Shown here one piece after another: positions 44,204 to 59,762 of a stretch of 64,000 nucleotides of DNA. This DNA comes from Eledone cirrhosa (taxonomy: Eukaryota). The notes under the pieces are model-generated. The model was not told the DNA's origin. It did no database searches and was given only the letters and a program-made list of their open reading frames with translations. Location: positions 143,530,001 to 143,594,000 of the forward strand of contig OZ024742.1 of assembly GCA_964016885.1 (NCBI GenBank). Reading direction: 5' to 3'. The stretch's first letter is position 1, and each line of letters opens with the position of its first letter. Both the position numbers and the translations under genes were made by a program.

Positions 44204-44571
44204 ATATCAAAGGCATGTATTGAGTTAGAAACTCAAAATAGTCTCTTTACAGTAAATTAGCTCTACGAAAGAAGTTTTTCCGTGCCGTATAGTATAGCTG
44301 AACAAAAAAGAAAAACGAACACAGACATTTACATATATGTGTTCAAATCGTGTTTATTCTTAAATTGAGTCTGGCAAACCCTATTGTCTGTAGTTAGTAT
44401 TTTTTTCACCTTAGCGATTCTGGTCCATTACGATTTGAACACATATATGTATATGTCTGTGTTCGATTTTCTTTTTTGTTCAGCTATACTATACGGCTCG
44501 GAAAAACCTCTTTCCTAGAGCTAATTTACTGTAATGAGACTATTTTGAGTTTCTAACTCAAAACATGGCTT

Positions 44572-44577
<6 letters not shown>
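44204..44577. repeat. ~150-bp imperfect inverted repeat with ~80-bp spacer
   Basis: 44204-44351 mirrors 44430-44577. Confidence 0.8.
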
Positions 44578-44610
<33 letters not shown>

Positions 44611-44869
44611 AAAGAATAGAGGTGTAACACACAAGTTATTATATATTGGTAAACAAAAAAATATATGTGCATATATATGTATGTATATATGTGTGTGTAT
44701 ATATATATATATATGTAGTGAATATATGTATGTGTGTGTATATATATATAGTGAATATCATTTCACACCTTTTATTGTTAAGATTTTTGATGTTCTATTA
44801 AGAGAACCGATTTTACTGAAAAAATCGAATAATGTACACCATTTTACCAGGGGGAAAAAAATACTGGTC

Positions 44870-44901
<32 letters not shown>

Positions 44902-45023
44902 CACAAACACATACACACGCGTACATAAACATACAAAGAGACTTATACACACACACACACACACACGCACTTCTCCGTATAAGACAAAAGCTGAAAAATA
45001 TCTTTTGACCTTCGAATGACTGC

Positions 45024-45070
<47 letters not shown>

Positions 45071-45142
45071 ATCTTAATAGCCATTTGACACACATCGCTG
45101 CTGGCCATTGTCGCAGCATCGAACTACACAGACACACACACA

Positions 45143-45199
<57 letters not shown>

Positions 45200-45696
45200 A
45201 CACACACACACATATTTGTTGTGAAAGAGTCATTTCTCAATCTTGGCGCAAAACCAATTTTTTATCCACATGACCTCTACCGACCAATCAAAATTGTTTT
45301 GACCAAGAATTTTTGCTGGAGCAACTTTTTTTAACATTTTAACATAAAAACAGTCTTGGCGCAAAATCAACTTTTTACATTCACATGACCTCTACCGACC
45401 AATCAAAATTGTTTTGACCACAAGCATTTTTGCAACACAAAAATAACGCTGGAGCCACTTTTTTAACATAAAAACAGGTAGAATTCCCAAAACTAATCAG
45501 ATCAGAGCAAACAGCACGGACACTCTATCTCAAAATTATTTTTGAAAAGCATTTAGAAATGCGCAACCGGTAAAAACTTAAAAACTTAAAACCACAACTC
45601 AATACTAACCCATACAATCACTAATACTCTTTTATTCCTAATTAAGCCATTTTTCAACTGTGAGCAATTTGTCAGCATTTTCTATTCCGTTTACCA

Positions 45697-45728
<32 letters not shown>

Positions 45729-45800
45729 GGTAATATTAAATATTATCCAATTACAAGTATGAGAATAGCTCAATGTAAAATAACAAATATATTACAGAGC

Positions 45801-47361
<1,561 letters not shown>

Positions 47362-47364
<3 letters not shown>

Positions 47365-48257
47365 AAAATTAAGATAAATTAAATGAATTTAATCTAAATC
47401 GAAATTGTGGGTGTCATGTCATAATGGCATGCGTCATATCACCTGGAAATAAGATCAAAGATAAATCCGAGCATTTTATAATAACTAGAAATTGATTAAC
47501 ATATAAATATACATGAATAATCACATGAGATAATTTTTACACGCGTGTAACCACGCATAGCTAGTTTGGGTAATAATTAAATTTATACCTTTAAGTATGA
47601 TTAACATTCCTTGTATATATCCCATTAAAGAAACATATTTCACCAATTAATCAGATGGTAAGTCACGGAAAGTGGATATTATTATTCATGTATATTTATA
47701 TGTTAATCAATTTCTAGTTATTATAAAATGCTCGGATTTATCTTTGAGCTTATTTCCAGGTGATATGGCGCATGCCATTATGACATGACACCCACAATTT
47801 CGATTTAGATTAAATTCATTTAATTTATCTTAATTTTGGATATAGATATATATATATATACGGCTCCTTAATTGTAGAGCTATTTCTGTTGAAGAGAATT
47901 TGACTGCTATTTCTAGTTGTCGAATACCTATTCACGCCACTGAAACGAAACTGCTATCATGTGTAGACGCAACACGTGGTAGCGGCCAGATGAGGATTTA
48001 AACTCGTTGTGTAAGGATGGATAGCTGGACATTATTATTCTTCCTTGTTGACAATCCAATAATATCCACTTTCCGTGACTTACCATTTGATTAATTGGTG
48101 AAATATGTTTCTTTAATGGGATATATACAAGGAAGGTTAATCATACTTAAAGGTATAAATTTAATTAATACCCAAACTAGCTATGCGTGGTTACACGCAT
48201 GTAAAAATTATCTCCTGTGATTATTCATGTATATTTATATGTTAATCAATTTATAGT

Positions 48258-48298
<41 letters not shown>

Positions 48299-48690
48299 TA
48301 AAAGGAAAAGAAAATGCTGACAAATTGTTCCCAGTGAAAAATAGTTTAATTAGGAATAAGTAAAAATTAGTAATAGTATTGGTTAATATTCAGTTTTGGT
48401 TTTAAGTTTTACCGGTTGCGCATCGCTAATGCTTTTCAAAAATAATTTTGAGATAGAGCGCCCGTGATGTTTGCTCTAATCAGATTAGAACAAACAGATT
48501 AGAGCAAACATCACGGGCGCTCTATCTCAAAATTATTTTTGAAAAGCATTAGAAATGCGCAACCGGTAAAACTTAAAACCAAAACTGAATACTAACCAAT
48601 ACTATTACTAATTTTTACTTATTCCTAATTAAACTAATTTTCACTGGGAACAATTTGTCAGCATTTTCTTTTCCTTTTACCAATATATCA
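47362..48690. repeat. Cluster of palindromes (47362-47842 and 48295-48688) with an extra inverted segment at ~48060-48262
   Basis: Arms read as near-exact reverse complements. 47362-47640 is a diverged relative of repeat B. Confidence 0.8.
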
Positions 48691-48986
48691 TAACTCGTGT
48701 GTTACACCTCTATTCTTTAAAATATATATATATATATACCCAAGGGCGGTGCCCCAGCATGGCCTCAGCCGGATGGCTGAAACAGGTAAAAGAGTATATA
48801 TATATATATAGATAGATAGATAGATAGGTAAATATACACGGGTGTGTATGATTGTGTATAGAAGATTATATTAATAAGAGGAATTCCAACTTTGTCTGAT
48901 TTACTCGTTTTATTTACAATCCTTTACAATTTATAATGGTATTATAATGAAGTAGTATGATAGAATATTAAATTCTAAGTGTTAAT

Positions 48987-49025
48987 TGAGCAAGTACTTT
49001 CATGCTTTCGCAATCTTCAGGTTCA
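48987..49025 (-). ncRNA. Minimal type I hammerhead ribozyme motif
   Basis: Minus strand: tgaac CTGAAGA t-tgc-gaaa-gca-t GAAA gtac TT gctca. GNRA-capped stem II, palindromic stem III (agtact), one mismatch in stem I. Confidence 0.7.
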
Positions 49026-49059
49026 TAATATGTGGTGACAGTCAAGTTTGCAATATATA

Positions 49060-49650
49060 TATATGAATAAAGTTAGTCCTTCATCAGTCATCTTCCAACC
49101 ATCATTGGTACTTCATCGTTTTAAAGACCATATACCTCCGGTTGGTGCGAGCAACGGCTAAAAAAAGTCGTTGGGACACGTAAATAAAGGGGACAGGAGT
49201 GTAAACAAACAAAAATGGTGAAGCAATGCAAAGTGAGGAAGAAGGAGTCAAGTCCCAAATTTCTATGAATTTAAATTCGATGAAATCGTGAACGAGAGAG
49301 AATAAAGACCATCAAACCTGGTTGTAATGTGAGCAAGGAAGGAATTCCGTACAGGTCTAACGGGAGGAAGAAGGGATCTCGTCTGTGAATTCGGTAAACA
49401 TAAGTTCTGTGAAATCGTAGACGAGAGAGAGAAAAAATGCCGACCGGCCTGACCAAGGGTGCGAAAGAAAAGAATTACGCACATGTCAAACGGGAAGAAG
49501 GAGGAGGAGGAGAGGTAGTAACGGAGAATGAGTGAGTGAAGGGTGGGGAAGAGGCTAACAGAGAGAGTGACTGCTAGAGAGGGTAAAGATACAGAGAAAG
49601 AGGAAGCAGTAAGAACGAAATAGACGGGTAACAGCAGGGGAAAAATATGT
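49060..49650. mobile_element. Third copy of the family at 43290-43996
   Basis: tagtccttcatcagt...atacctccggttggtgcgagcaacggcta... collinear with 43335-43915. Confidence 0.65.
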
Positions 49651-49836
49651 GTAAATATATACATATATGTATATATATATATTGTTATACTTTGGGAGGG
49701 TCATGTTGCCAATAAGAAACACACGCACCAGTTACTTTCACTTCAATTTATTATATATTTATAAATTTACAAATTTATAAATTTATAAATTTCTGGTTGG
49801 TTGGTTGGTTCCACAACCAGATAGTTGTTTATATAT

Positions 49837-49881
49837 AGTCATAGTCCTTTCGTCACACACTCTGTGACCTCTTCAGTGACT
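49837..49881 (-). ncRNA. Hammerhead motif in the 3' non-coding region of the left Penelope-like copy
   Basis: Reverse complement of the motif at 52391-52435. Confidence 0.7.
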
Positions 49882-50048
49882 GAGGATTCCTTTCTTTGTT
49901 TCTGTGCCTCTCCTTTCTTTTCTCTGTCCTACGCCATTTTGTTTCTGTGTGTGTGTTGTGTGCTCAGTTTGCGCATGCGCCACATCCGGGTGTCTGTGTG
50001 TGTTTATGTTCATTTATCTATTTGTTTATTTATTTATTTATTTACATG

Positions 50049-51236
50049 TTATTGGTTGGTTGTTTGTTCTATGTGTGTGTGTGTTTTCATTTTGTCCTTA
50101 ATTGTAAGGATGTTGCTGTTCCACTCATATTTTCTATTTAATTTTGGTTGTAATTCTTTTATGTTTATTGCCTCTGTAATTTGTCTAAACATTGTATCTT
50201 TTCTGTGTGTAGATTCTATTTTTATTTCTATGTTCTCTAATTTACCCTTGTGTTCTATCTTAGCATGTTGGTAGAGTACAGATGATTCTTTATTATCTTG
50301 AAGGTCTCGCCAGTGTTCATTTATCCGTTCCCTTATACTACGAGCTGTCTCACCTATATACACTATATTTTTGTTTCTACATTGTCCTTCAGTACATCTT
50401 ATGCTATACACTACATTTCTAGTTTTACAGTTAATATGGGGGATTATTTTACAGGTTATACATTTCTTATCTATACATGAGGTTCTTTGAAAAGGGTATG
50501 TCTTGCTAATAAGTGTTTTTACGGAGGTACCTGGTCTTTCTACTATCTTAATATTGAGTTTATGTTTATTTAGGGCCCTTCTAAATTTGTAGGCTAGTTC
50601 GCCTATAGAGGTTGTATCGATGAACATTACACTCTGGTATTTATTGCTATCATACCATGAGTTTATTCTATTAGCCTTGTTCCTAGTTCTTTCTATTCTA
50701 TTCCAAAATTTGCTCCTATACAAGGGGCAGGTCCCATTTATGTCATTATTTACCATTTTTTCCCATTTGGTTCTGGCTCCTCTATACACTCTGATTCTAT
50801 CTCTCTGATTGTAGCCAGAGAACTGCATACGGTGGATGAAGTGTTGTATGTGTCTCTCTAGTTCTTCGGGGTTGCACATGCGGGACACATTTCTCATCAC
50901 CCGTACCAAATCCGCAATCAGTATGTTGATTTTGGTATGGTCCGAAATGGCCGAGTTTCGGTGGATCAGATGTTTGGAAGTCATGGGTTTGGCATAATGG
51001 GAATGGAGGATTTGTTTTTGGTTGTTAATGGTATCTAACCAGAGCTCTGTGTCTAGTACAGGTAATCGATGGTTGGGGTGTCTACTTGGGTAGTCTATAG
51101 TAACTCTAATGCCCTGGTGGATGGAGTTTGCTATTTGCTGGATGCTTTCCATTGTGTTTTTCTCTAGTTCCTGACTGTTCTCTAGTGGGGGTGTCTTAAC
51201 TACGATGTTTATATCATCTACGTAGCGGGAGTACAT
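50049..51236 (-). CDS. Penelope-like RT C-terminus + GIY-YIG endonuclease (5'-truncated)
   Basis: RYVDD RT motif, LPVLDT, C-x4-C-x2-C knuckle, VVYSIRC...VYIGETARSIRERINEH, terminal QPKLN. Confidence 0.9.
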   Translation of the reverse strand: MYSRYVDDINIVVKTPPLENSQELEKNTMESIQQIANSIHQGIRVTIDYPSRHPNHRLPVLDTELWLDTINNQKQILHSHYAKPMTSKHLIHRNSAISDHTKINILIADLVRVMRNVSRMCNPEELERHIQHFIHRMQFSGYNQRDRIRVYRGARTKWEKMVNNDINGTCPLYRSKFWNRIERTRNKANRINSWYDSNKYQSVMFIDTTSIGELAYKFRRALNKHKLNIKIVERPGTSVKTLISKTYPFQRTSCIDKKCITCKIIPHINCKTRNVVYSIRCTEGQCRNKNIVYIGETARSIRERINEHWRDLQDNKESSVLYQHAKIEHKGKLENIEIKIESTHRKDTMFRQITEAINIKELQPKLNRKYEWNSNILTIKDKMKTHTHIEQTTNQ

Positions 51237-51358
51237 TATCAGGGTTAAGCTGTCTTCTAATTGTTCTTTAAGTTTAAGTTTAAGTCTACTCCAAACATCT
51301 GATCCACCGAAACTCGGCCATTTCGGACCATACCAAAATCAACATACTGATTGCGGAT

Positions 51359-52174
51359 TTGGTACGGGTGATGAGAAATGTGTCCCGCATGTGCAACCCC
51401 GAAGAACTAGAGAGACACATACAACACTTCATCCACCGTATGCAGTTCTCTGGCTACAATCAGAGAGATAGAATCAGAGTGTATAGAGGAGCCAGAACCA
51501 AATGGGAAAACATGATAAATAATGACATAAATGGGACCTGCCCCTTGTATAGGAGCAAATTTTGGAATAGAATAGAAAGAACTAGGAACAAGGCTAATAG
51601 AATAAACTCATGGTATGATAGCAATAAATACCAGAGTGTAATGTTCATCGATACAACCTCTATAGGCGAACTAGCCTACAAATTTAGAAGGGCCCTAAAT
51701 AAACATAAACTCAATATTAAGATAGTAGAAAGACCAGGTACCTCCGTAAAAACACTTATTAGCAAGACATACCCTTTTCAAAGAACCTCATGTATAGATA
51801 AGAAATGTATAACCTGTAAAATAAGCCCCCATATTAACTGTAAAACTAGAAATGTAGTGTATAGCATAAGATGTACTGAAGGACAATGTAGAAACAAAAA
51901 TATAGTGTACATAGGTGAGACAGCTCGTAGTATAGGGGAACGGATAAATGAACACTGGCGAGACCGTCAAGATAATAAAGAATCATCTGTACTCAACCAA
52001 CATGCTAAGATAGAACACAAGGGTAAATTAGAGAACATAGAAATAAAAATAGAATCTACACACAGAAAAGATGCAATGTTTAGACAAATTACAGAGGCAA
52101 TAAACATAAAAGAATTACAACCAAAATTAAATAGAAAATATGAGTGGAACAGCAACATCACAACTTACAATTAA
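51359..52174 (+). CDS. Penelope-like thumb + GIY-YIG endonuclease fragment (second, shorter copy)
   Basis: Near-identical to the C-terminal 270 aa of ORF 50049-51236. Lacks YVDD. Confidence 0.85.
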   Translation: MVRVMRNVSRMCNPEELERHIQHFIHRMQFSGYNQRDRIRVYRGARTKWENMINNDINGTCPLYRSKFWNRIERTRNKANRINSWYDSNKYQSVMFIDTTSIGELAYKFRRALNKHKLNIKIVERPGTSVKTLISKTYPFQRTSCIDKKCITCKISPHINCKTRNVVYSIRCTEGQCRNKNIVYIGETARSIGERINEHWRDRQDNKESSVLNQHAKIEHKGKLENIEIKIESTHRKDAMFRQITEAINIKELQPKLNRKYEWNSNITTYN

Positions 52175-52390
52175 GGACAAAATGAAAACACACACACACA
52201 TAGAACAAACAACCAACCAATAACATGTAAATAAATAAATAAATAAACAAATAGATAAATGAACATAAACACACACAGACACCCGGATGTGGCGCATGCG
52301 CAAACTGAGCACACAACACACACACAGAAACAAAATGGCGTAGGACAGAGAAAAGAAAGGAGAGGCACAGAAACAAAGAAAGGAATCCCC

Positions 52391-52435
52391 AGTCACTGAA
52401 GAGGTCACAGAGTGTGTGACGAAAGGACTATGACT
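52391..52435 (+). ncRNA. Hammerhead motif in the 3' non-coding region of the right Penelope-like copy
   Basis: agtca CTGAAGA g gtcaca-gagtg-tgtgac GAAA ggac TA tgact, ~220 nt downstream of the GIY-YIG ORF, where Penelope-like elements are known to carry minimal hammerheads. Confidence 0.75.
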
Positions 52436-52646
52436 ATATATAAACAACTATCTGGTTGTGGAACCAACCAACCAACCAGAAATTTATAAATTTATAAATT
52501 TGTAAATTTATAAATATATAATACATTGAAGTGAAAGTAACTGGTGCGTGTGTTTCTTATTGGCAACATGACCCTCCCAAAGTATAACAATATCGGTTTC
52601 AACACACGATTTCAGATAAAGAAACTTGCTAAACAAATTCAGAAAC

Positions 52647-52718
<72 letters not shown>

Positions 52719-52944
52719 AGATTAGTTACACAGCCATTCGACCAACATGATCATATTCACTAATATAGTGTCTAAGAAAATATAGTTTACTCTGTCTCAC
52801 TGGATTTCATTTTATATATATATATGTATCATCAGATATAAATTTACTCATCCGACTGACTGGAATCCCACTGAAGTTTCCCCAACTGACGATATTTCAG
52901 TGTTCTCGTGTGACAACTGGGTGACTGGTATCAAATGGTCTTTC

Positions 52945-53117
52945 ATATATATAACACGCACACACATACACACATATGTACATATATACATATACATACA
53001 TACATACATACATACATACATACATACATACATACACATACATACATACCAACAAGTATATATATATATGCATACATACGTACATACACGCGCGAGCGAG
53101 CGCACACACACACATAT

Positions 53118-53180
<63 letters not shown>

Positions 53181-53554
53181 ATATATATAATATATATATA
53201 TATATATGTATATACAGGCGCACACGCACGCATATATATAACTGTGATTGTATGTATGTATGTGTGTATATGTGCATATGAATATGTATATATTTGTATA
53301 TATATATGCCCTGACACAGAAAATATGCTGACATATAACAGTAGGTATATATGCATGACCACATACAGGCATATACTCACGTATCTAAATACGTACATAC
53401 ATACACACTTTCATACATACATACTTACATACGTCCATACATACATACATACATACGTACATACATACATACATACATACATACATACATACATACATAC
53501 ATACATACGTACGTACATACATACACACTTTCATACATACATACGTACATACAT

Positions 53555-53587
<33 letters not shown>

Positions 53588-53764
53588 TACATACATACAC
53601 ACATACATACACACATACATACATACATACATACATACATACATACATACATACATACATACATACGTACATACATACATACATACATACATACATACAT
53701 ACATACATACATACATACATACGTACGTACATACATACACACTTTCATACATACATACGTACAT

Positions 53765-53797
<33 letters not shown>

Positions 53798-54165
53798 TAC
53801 ATACATACACACATACATACACACATACATACATACATACATACATACATACATACATACATACATACATACATACATACATACATACATACATACATAA
53901 CTTTGACGTTGATGTCAATTTCCTGACACCTTTGTTTCTGGGTTAGAAACTATCTATTTCCCTATTGGTGAGAAATTATTATAAACCAAACATGCTTACA
54001 TTCATGCACGCACATACACACATACACACATACACACATACCCACATACATACATACACACATACACACACACACATACACATACATACATACATACATA
54101 CATACATACATACATACATACATACATACATACATACATACATACATACACACATACATACATGA
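52945..54165. repeat. Compound (ACAT)n/(CA)n/(TA)n microsatellite array with higher-order ~220-bp duplication
   Basis: Directly visible, with the marker acactttcatac recurring. Comparable arrays occur throughout the window (e.g. 2980-4070, 32110-32720, 56745-57320). Confidence 0.9.
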
Positions 54166-54480
54166 TGATGATGGCTGCACCCTCGTTATCGAGTATGGCC
54201 ATTGCATGATATAACATTATAAATAATTATCAATTAATGCTATCGTGCAATGCCTGTGCATGAAGATTGTGAGGGAAGACTTTGCACTGAGCCAATCCCA
54301 TTCTCTGAGAGACAGTAGCTATAACTCCAAAGGCAGAAAAGATCAACATCATCGGTAACTACTGAGCTGCAGGTTTTATATCGGTGTTATCCCAGTTTCC
54401 TGAGTTGCCTTCTCCTAGAAGAATGCCCTGACAAAGGCTAGGGGGTCCTTCACTCCCAGTGGTTTAACCGCGCAATCGGG
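54162..54480 (-). mobile_element. Reverse copy of the 5607-6147 subfamily, followed by a more diverged relative at ~54545-54870
   Basis: Reverse complement of ~5832-6147, next to (ACAT)n. Confidence 0.7.
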
Positions 54481-55169
54481 TATCCAGCCCGATTGTTTCT
54501 ATGCTCCCGCGCATATACATACATATGCATACATACATACATGATAATGGCTGAAACTCGATTTCCAGTGATGCCATCGCTGGATACTTAAGCATGAGCA
54601 TCATGCAATACAATGCAACGGAAAAACTGTCAAATATCAAGCGATGCCTGTACTTGAAGCTTTTTTAAATGAGGAAAGGCTTTGCAATGGGCCAAACCCA
54701 CTCTCTCGACATTGAATGCATTTGCCCCAAAAGAAGAATTGATTTACATCAGTGGATGCAAACGAAGTTGCAGTTTTTATATCCTTCTCCTAGAGAGATG
54801 TAAAGACTAGGAGTCTCTCGCTCCAAAAAAAAAAAAAAAAAAATTTACTCGACAATCCTGCTCTCTTAAGAAGTTCGGTGTTTTGAGTCTATGAGTCTAT
54901 AACCGGCAGTCAATGCAAAGGATATGTCACAGTCATATCTGATGAAAACGTTTCAGTAATGTGTCTTGATGTTTATAAATAATCCACGTTTCACAGGCGT
55001 ATAGAAGAGTCATCAAAATACATGAAGATTTGGGTCACCATTTTTATGTCACATTCAGACCAAAGGCATATCTGAATGTTTGAAAAGGATCTTGATGCTG
55101 ATTTGTTTATTCTTTATTTTCATATATAACCCATGCATATTAATTATTTATTCTTTATTTTACGGCTTT

Positions 55170-55703
55170 GATAATGAGTGATGAAAAATTGCAATTATAG
55201 CTATTTGAAGCTACCCGTGGAAAAAGTGACTGTGGCAAAAGAAAATAAGGGCTGTGGCAAAAGAAAATAATTGTTTCTACTTTTGGCACAAGGCCAGCAA
55301 TTACCCAGTGCATTACTGGTACTTTATGTTATCGACCCCCGTAAGGATGAAAGGCAAAGTTAACCTCGGCGGTATTTGAACTCAGAATGTAAAGGGCCGT
55401 AACTCTTTGCGTCAAAGCATGGCGTCTGACCCTCTACCGATACTGCCAATCCACCGCCTTGTGGTAAAAGAAAATAATGATGTGGAAAGCACAGGAACTG
55501 TCAACGAACGTGAGGCACAAAACTGGTTCAGACTTTTTAACGAAGGTGACACCAGTCGTAAAGACAAACCAAAGTCAGGGAGACCTTCTGTTGCTTGAAA
55601 TAGTTGAACAACGGCCAAGCACAAGCACGGGTACTTTGTCGGCAGAACTTGGTCCTTCACAACGCTCCATCAAGCGACACCTCCATCAGCTGAACAAAGC
55701 TTA
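55170..55703 (+). pseudogene. mariner-type transposase N-terminal (HTH) remnant interrupted by a SINE
   Basis: TVNEREAQNWFRLFNEGDTSRKDKPKSGRPS resembles the mariner WF.RF..GD..L.D..RSGRP signature. Confidence 0.7.
55268..55459 (-). mobile_element. tRNA-derived SINE family A with 18-bp target-site duplication
   Basis: Minus strand has A box TGGCAGTATCGG and B box GAGTTCAAATAC. TSD tgtggYaaaagaaaataa at 55253-55270 and 55460-55477. Confidence 0.85.
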
Positions 55704-56076
55704 AAAGAAAACAATTTTGACACAACCTGATATATCACAGTCAAATTCAGATAAGAGGTCTCTGAATAGATCGGTTGAAACTTGATGAAAACACAAGTCT
55801 GCATAAATTGAATACTTTAGGTTGTCTTCGAAAACCATAGGAAAAAACCCACGGCAATGTATATATTGTGGAGAGAGTAGAGCCGACAGCATCTTGCTTT
55901 ACTCTATTATTTATTGAAATAGTTCATGCAAAGAACACATGAAAGAAACATATTTTTCATGGCAACACAGTCTTGATAAGATCCTCCAGAGCGTCCCCCT
56001 TTTAATGTTGTTGAATACATAAGACAGTAAATAAAGCAGTGATATATGAATACTTGGAATAACGTCTGTTTATCTG

Positions 56077-56110
<34 letters not shown>

Positions 56111-56144
56111 CCTCTCTCTCTCTCTCTCCCCCTCTCTCTCTCTC

Positions 56145-56225
<81 letters not shown>

Positions 56226-56256
56226 AGTGTAAGTTTCTACACAAAACGAAGGTTAT

Positions 56257-57876
<1,620 letters not shown>

Positions 57877-57959
57877 TATACACACAAACACACGCATGCA
57901 CGCGCTCACACACACACAAACACACACCTATATATATATATACATCTATCTCTCTCTAT

Positions 57960-59390
57960 CTAGGGCGGGTAAAATTCCCGAGATCCATGGACGAGTTCTC
58001 TCCAGCGGTCTCTGTCCATCATTATCATCGCCATGTCCTGCGTCTCCAACAGACCAGTTTCTGTCCTTAGGGCATCAACATATGTTAACCTCGGTCTTAC
58101 TCTTCCAGTGTATCCATGCAAGGGCTCCCACAGGAGCACTGAGTGCAGTGTCAACTTTGGATGTCGGTGAGCATGTCCAGCTAACCTCAGTCTCCTCTCT
58201 GTCACATTTGAGCTGACTTTTGGGAGGCTCCCGTACAGCTCTGAGTTCTTCATCCTCAGTGTATAATGATTAATGTTCTGATTAATGTTCAAAGCCATCC
58301 TTAGCATTCTCCTGTAGCACCCATCCACTATCTGAGTGAGTTTCTTGGTCAGTGTCCAAGTCTCAGACCCGTACAGCAGCACAGACTCCACTACAGCAAC
58401 GAAGAGGTGGATCTGCCACACCGATCTCAAGCTGTGGCACGCCGCCCAGGCTTTACTCTTCCTCTCGACCACATCATCTTCCGTATTCCCAATCTTTGCT
58501 CCCAAATACAGGAAGTCCTCAACCAATTCTAGCGGCTTCCAGCCTACATTAGTAATCTTCTCTGGCTTCTTAATATTCTCTACGAGATATTTTGTCTTAA
58601 TCTCATTCATTCTCAACCCCACAGCCATCAACACAGTCTCCACCTCCTGCATCAAATCCACTGCCTCCTTCACTGTGTTTGTCATCAAAACTATGTCGTC
58701 GGCAAATTCAGCATCCGATATCTTTTTTTCCTTAACTCTCCTGCTCTGAGCCGGTGTTACAGTAAAGCCACAGTCCTGGCGTTTCTCCAGCGCAAGGCGC
58801 ATACAATAGTCCACTACGATGATAAAAAGGTAGGGAGCCAATGTATCTCCCTGGAACACTCCAGCCAGTATCTCAAAGAACTCTGTCATCCCATCAGGTG
58901 TAATGACTTGGGCTTTGGTGTTGGTGTAGAGCAGTGATATCAGGTCCACTAGCTTCTTGAGGATTCCATAAGCCTGTAAGATCTTCATTAGGCAGTGACA
59001 GTCCACAGAATCAAAGGCCTTCCTAAAGTCAATGAAAACCATGACCGCAGGAAGGCACTTTGCTCTAGCACCCTCTAGTATCCTCCTCAGCATCAGGATG
59101 TGACTGGTGGTTGATTTTCCCTCTCTGAAGCCGTTTTGGTTGTCCCTGAGCTTCTTCTCCATCTCGGGCTGGATCCTGTTAAGAATCATCATGTTGAGGG
59201 TCTTTACCATAAGTGACGTCAGTGAGATCATTCTGTAGTTGTTGGTGTTAGAGATATCTCCCTTCTTTGGCACTGGGACGATGTTACTGATCCTCCACTG
59301 ATTCGGGGCAATTCCTTTCTCCAGTGCCCCGTTACAGAACTCCAGGATAATATCATCAAAATCACACCTCTTCATCACTGCTGATGCCAC
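57960..59390 (-). CDS. LINE reverse transcriptase domain (RTE-like)
   Basis: PVPKKGD, NYRMISL, QNGFR, FIDFRKAFDSV, GVFQGDTLAPYLF, EFADDI, FLYLG, LLYGSETW, RLRLAGH. Confidence 0.92.
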   Translation of the reverse strand: MASAVMKRCDFDDIILEFCNGALEKGIAPNQWRISNIVPVPKKGDISNTNNYRMISLTSLMVKTLNMMILNRIQPEMEKKLRDNQNGFREGKSTTSHILMLRRILEGARAKCLPAVMVFIDFRKAFDSVDCHCLMKILQAYGILKKLVDLISLLYTNTKAQVITPDGMTEFFEILAGVFQGDTLAPYLFIIVVDYCMRLALEKRQDCGFTVTPAQSRRVKEKKISDAEFADDIVLMTNTVKEAVDLMQEVETVLMAVGLRMNEIKTKYLVENIKKPEKITNVGWKPLELVEDFLYLGAKIGNTEDDVVERKSKAWAACHSLRSVWQIHLFVAVVESVLLYGSETWTLTKKLTQIVDGCYRRMLRMALNINQNINHYTLRMKNSELYGSLPKVSSNVTERRLRLAGHAHRHPKLTLHSVLLWEPLHGYTGRVRPRLTYVDALRTETGLLETQDMAMIMMDRDRWRELVHGSREFYPP

Positions 59391-59762
59391 TCCATCTTCT
59401 CCATGAGCCTTGCCCTCCTTGATCTTCTTCTTGGCTCTCTGAAGCTCCTCTCTGGTGAAGGGTCCTGTCTCAATATCCAGTTCCTCAAACAGCCGCCTGA
59501 TCTCCCCAGTGTTCTGGGATGTGGAAGGCGGCTCTTCTAGTAGCGTCCTAAAATGGTCCAGCCATTTCCCCTTCCTGGGTATGACATTAAACTACATCCA
59601 GTGGCAAGGATCCAGTTCGGGAGTTCAGGATCTGTGGGGAACGTGGAGTTACCCCTTAGTTGTCATAACTCCCAGGTCTGCTCTGGCCCGGAGTAGTAGT
59701 ACATGTTAGGGCCCCATTTATGGGTTAAATAGTTACCTTATTCGAGTGGCGCCGGTAAGGTA

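Larger units (their letters stand above)
49681..52591. mobile_element. Inverted pair of 5'-truncated Penelope-like retroelement copies
   Basis: ~49681-50977 is the near-identical reverse complement of ~51291-52591. Both arms encode a GIY-YIG domain and end in a hammerhead-bearing tail. Confidence 0.9.

Noticed and set aside
54939-54957. ctgatga matches here and at 246, 958, 16374, 26889 and 32828
   Set aside because: No compatible stem II-GAAA-stem III-UH arrangement could be built.
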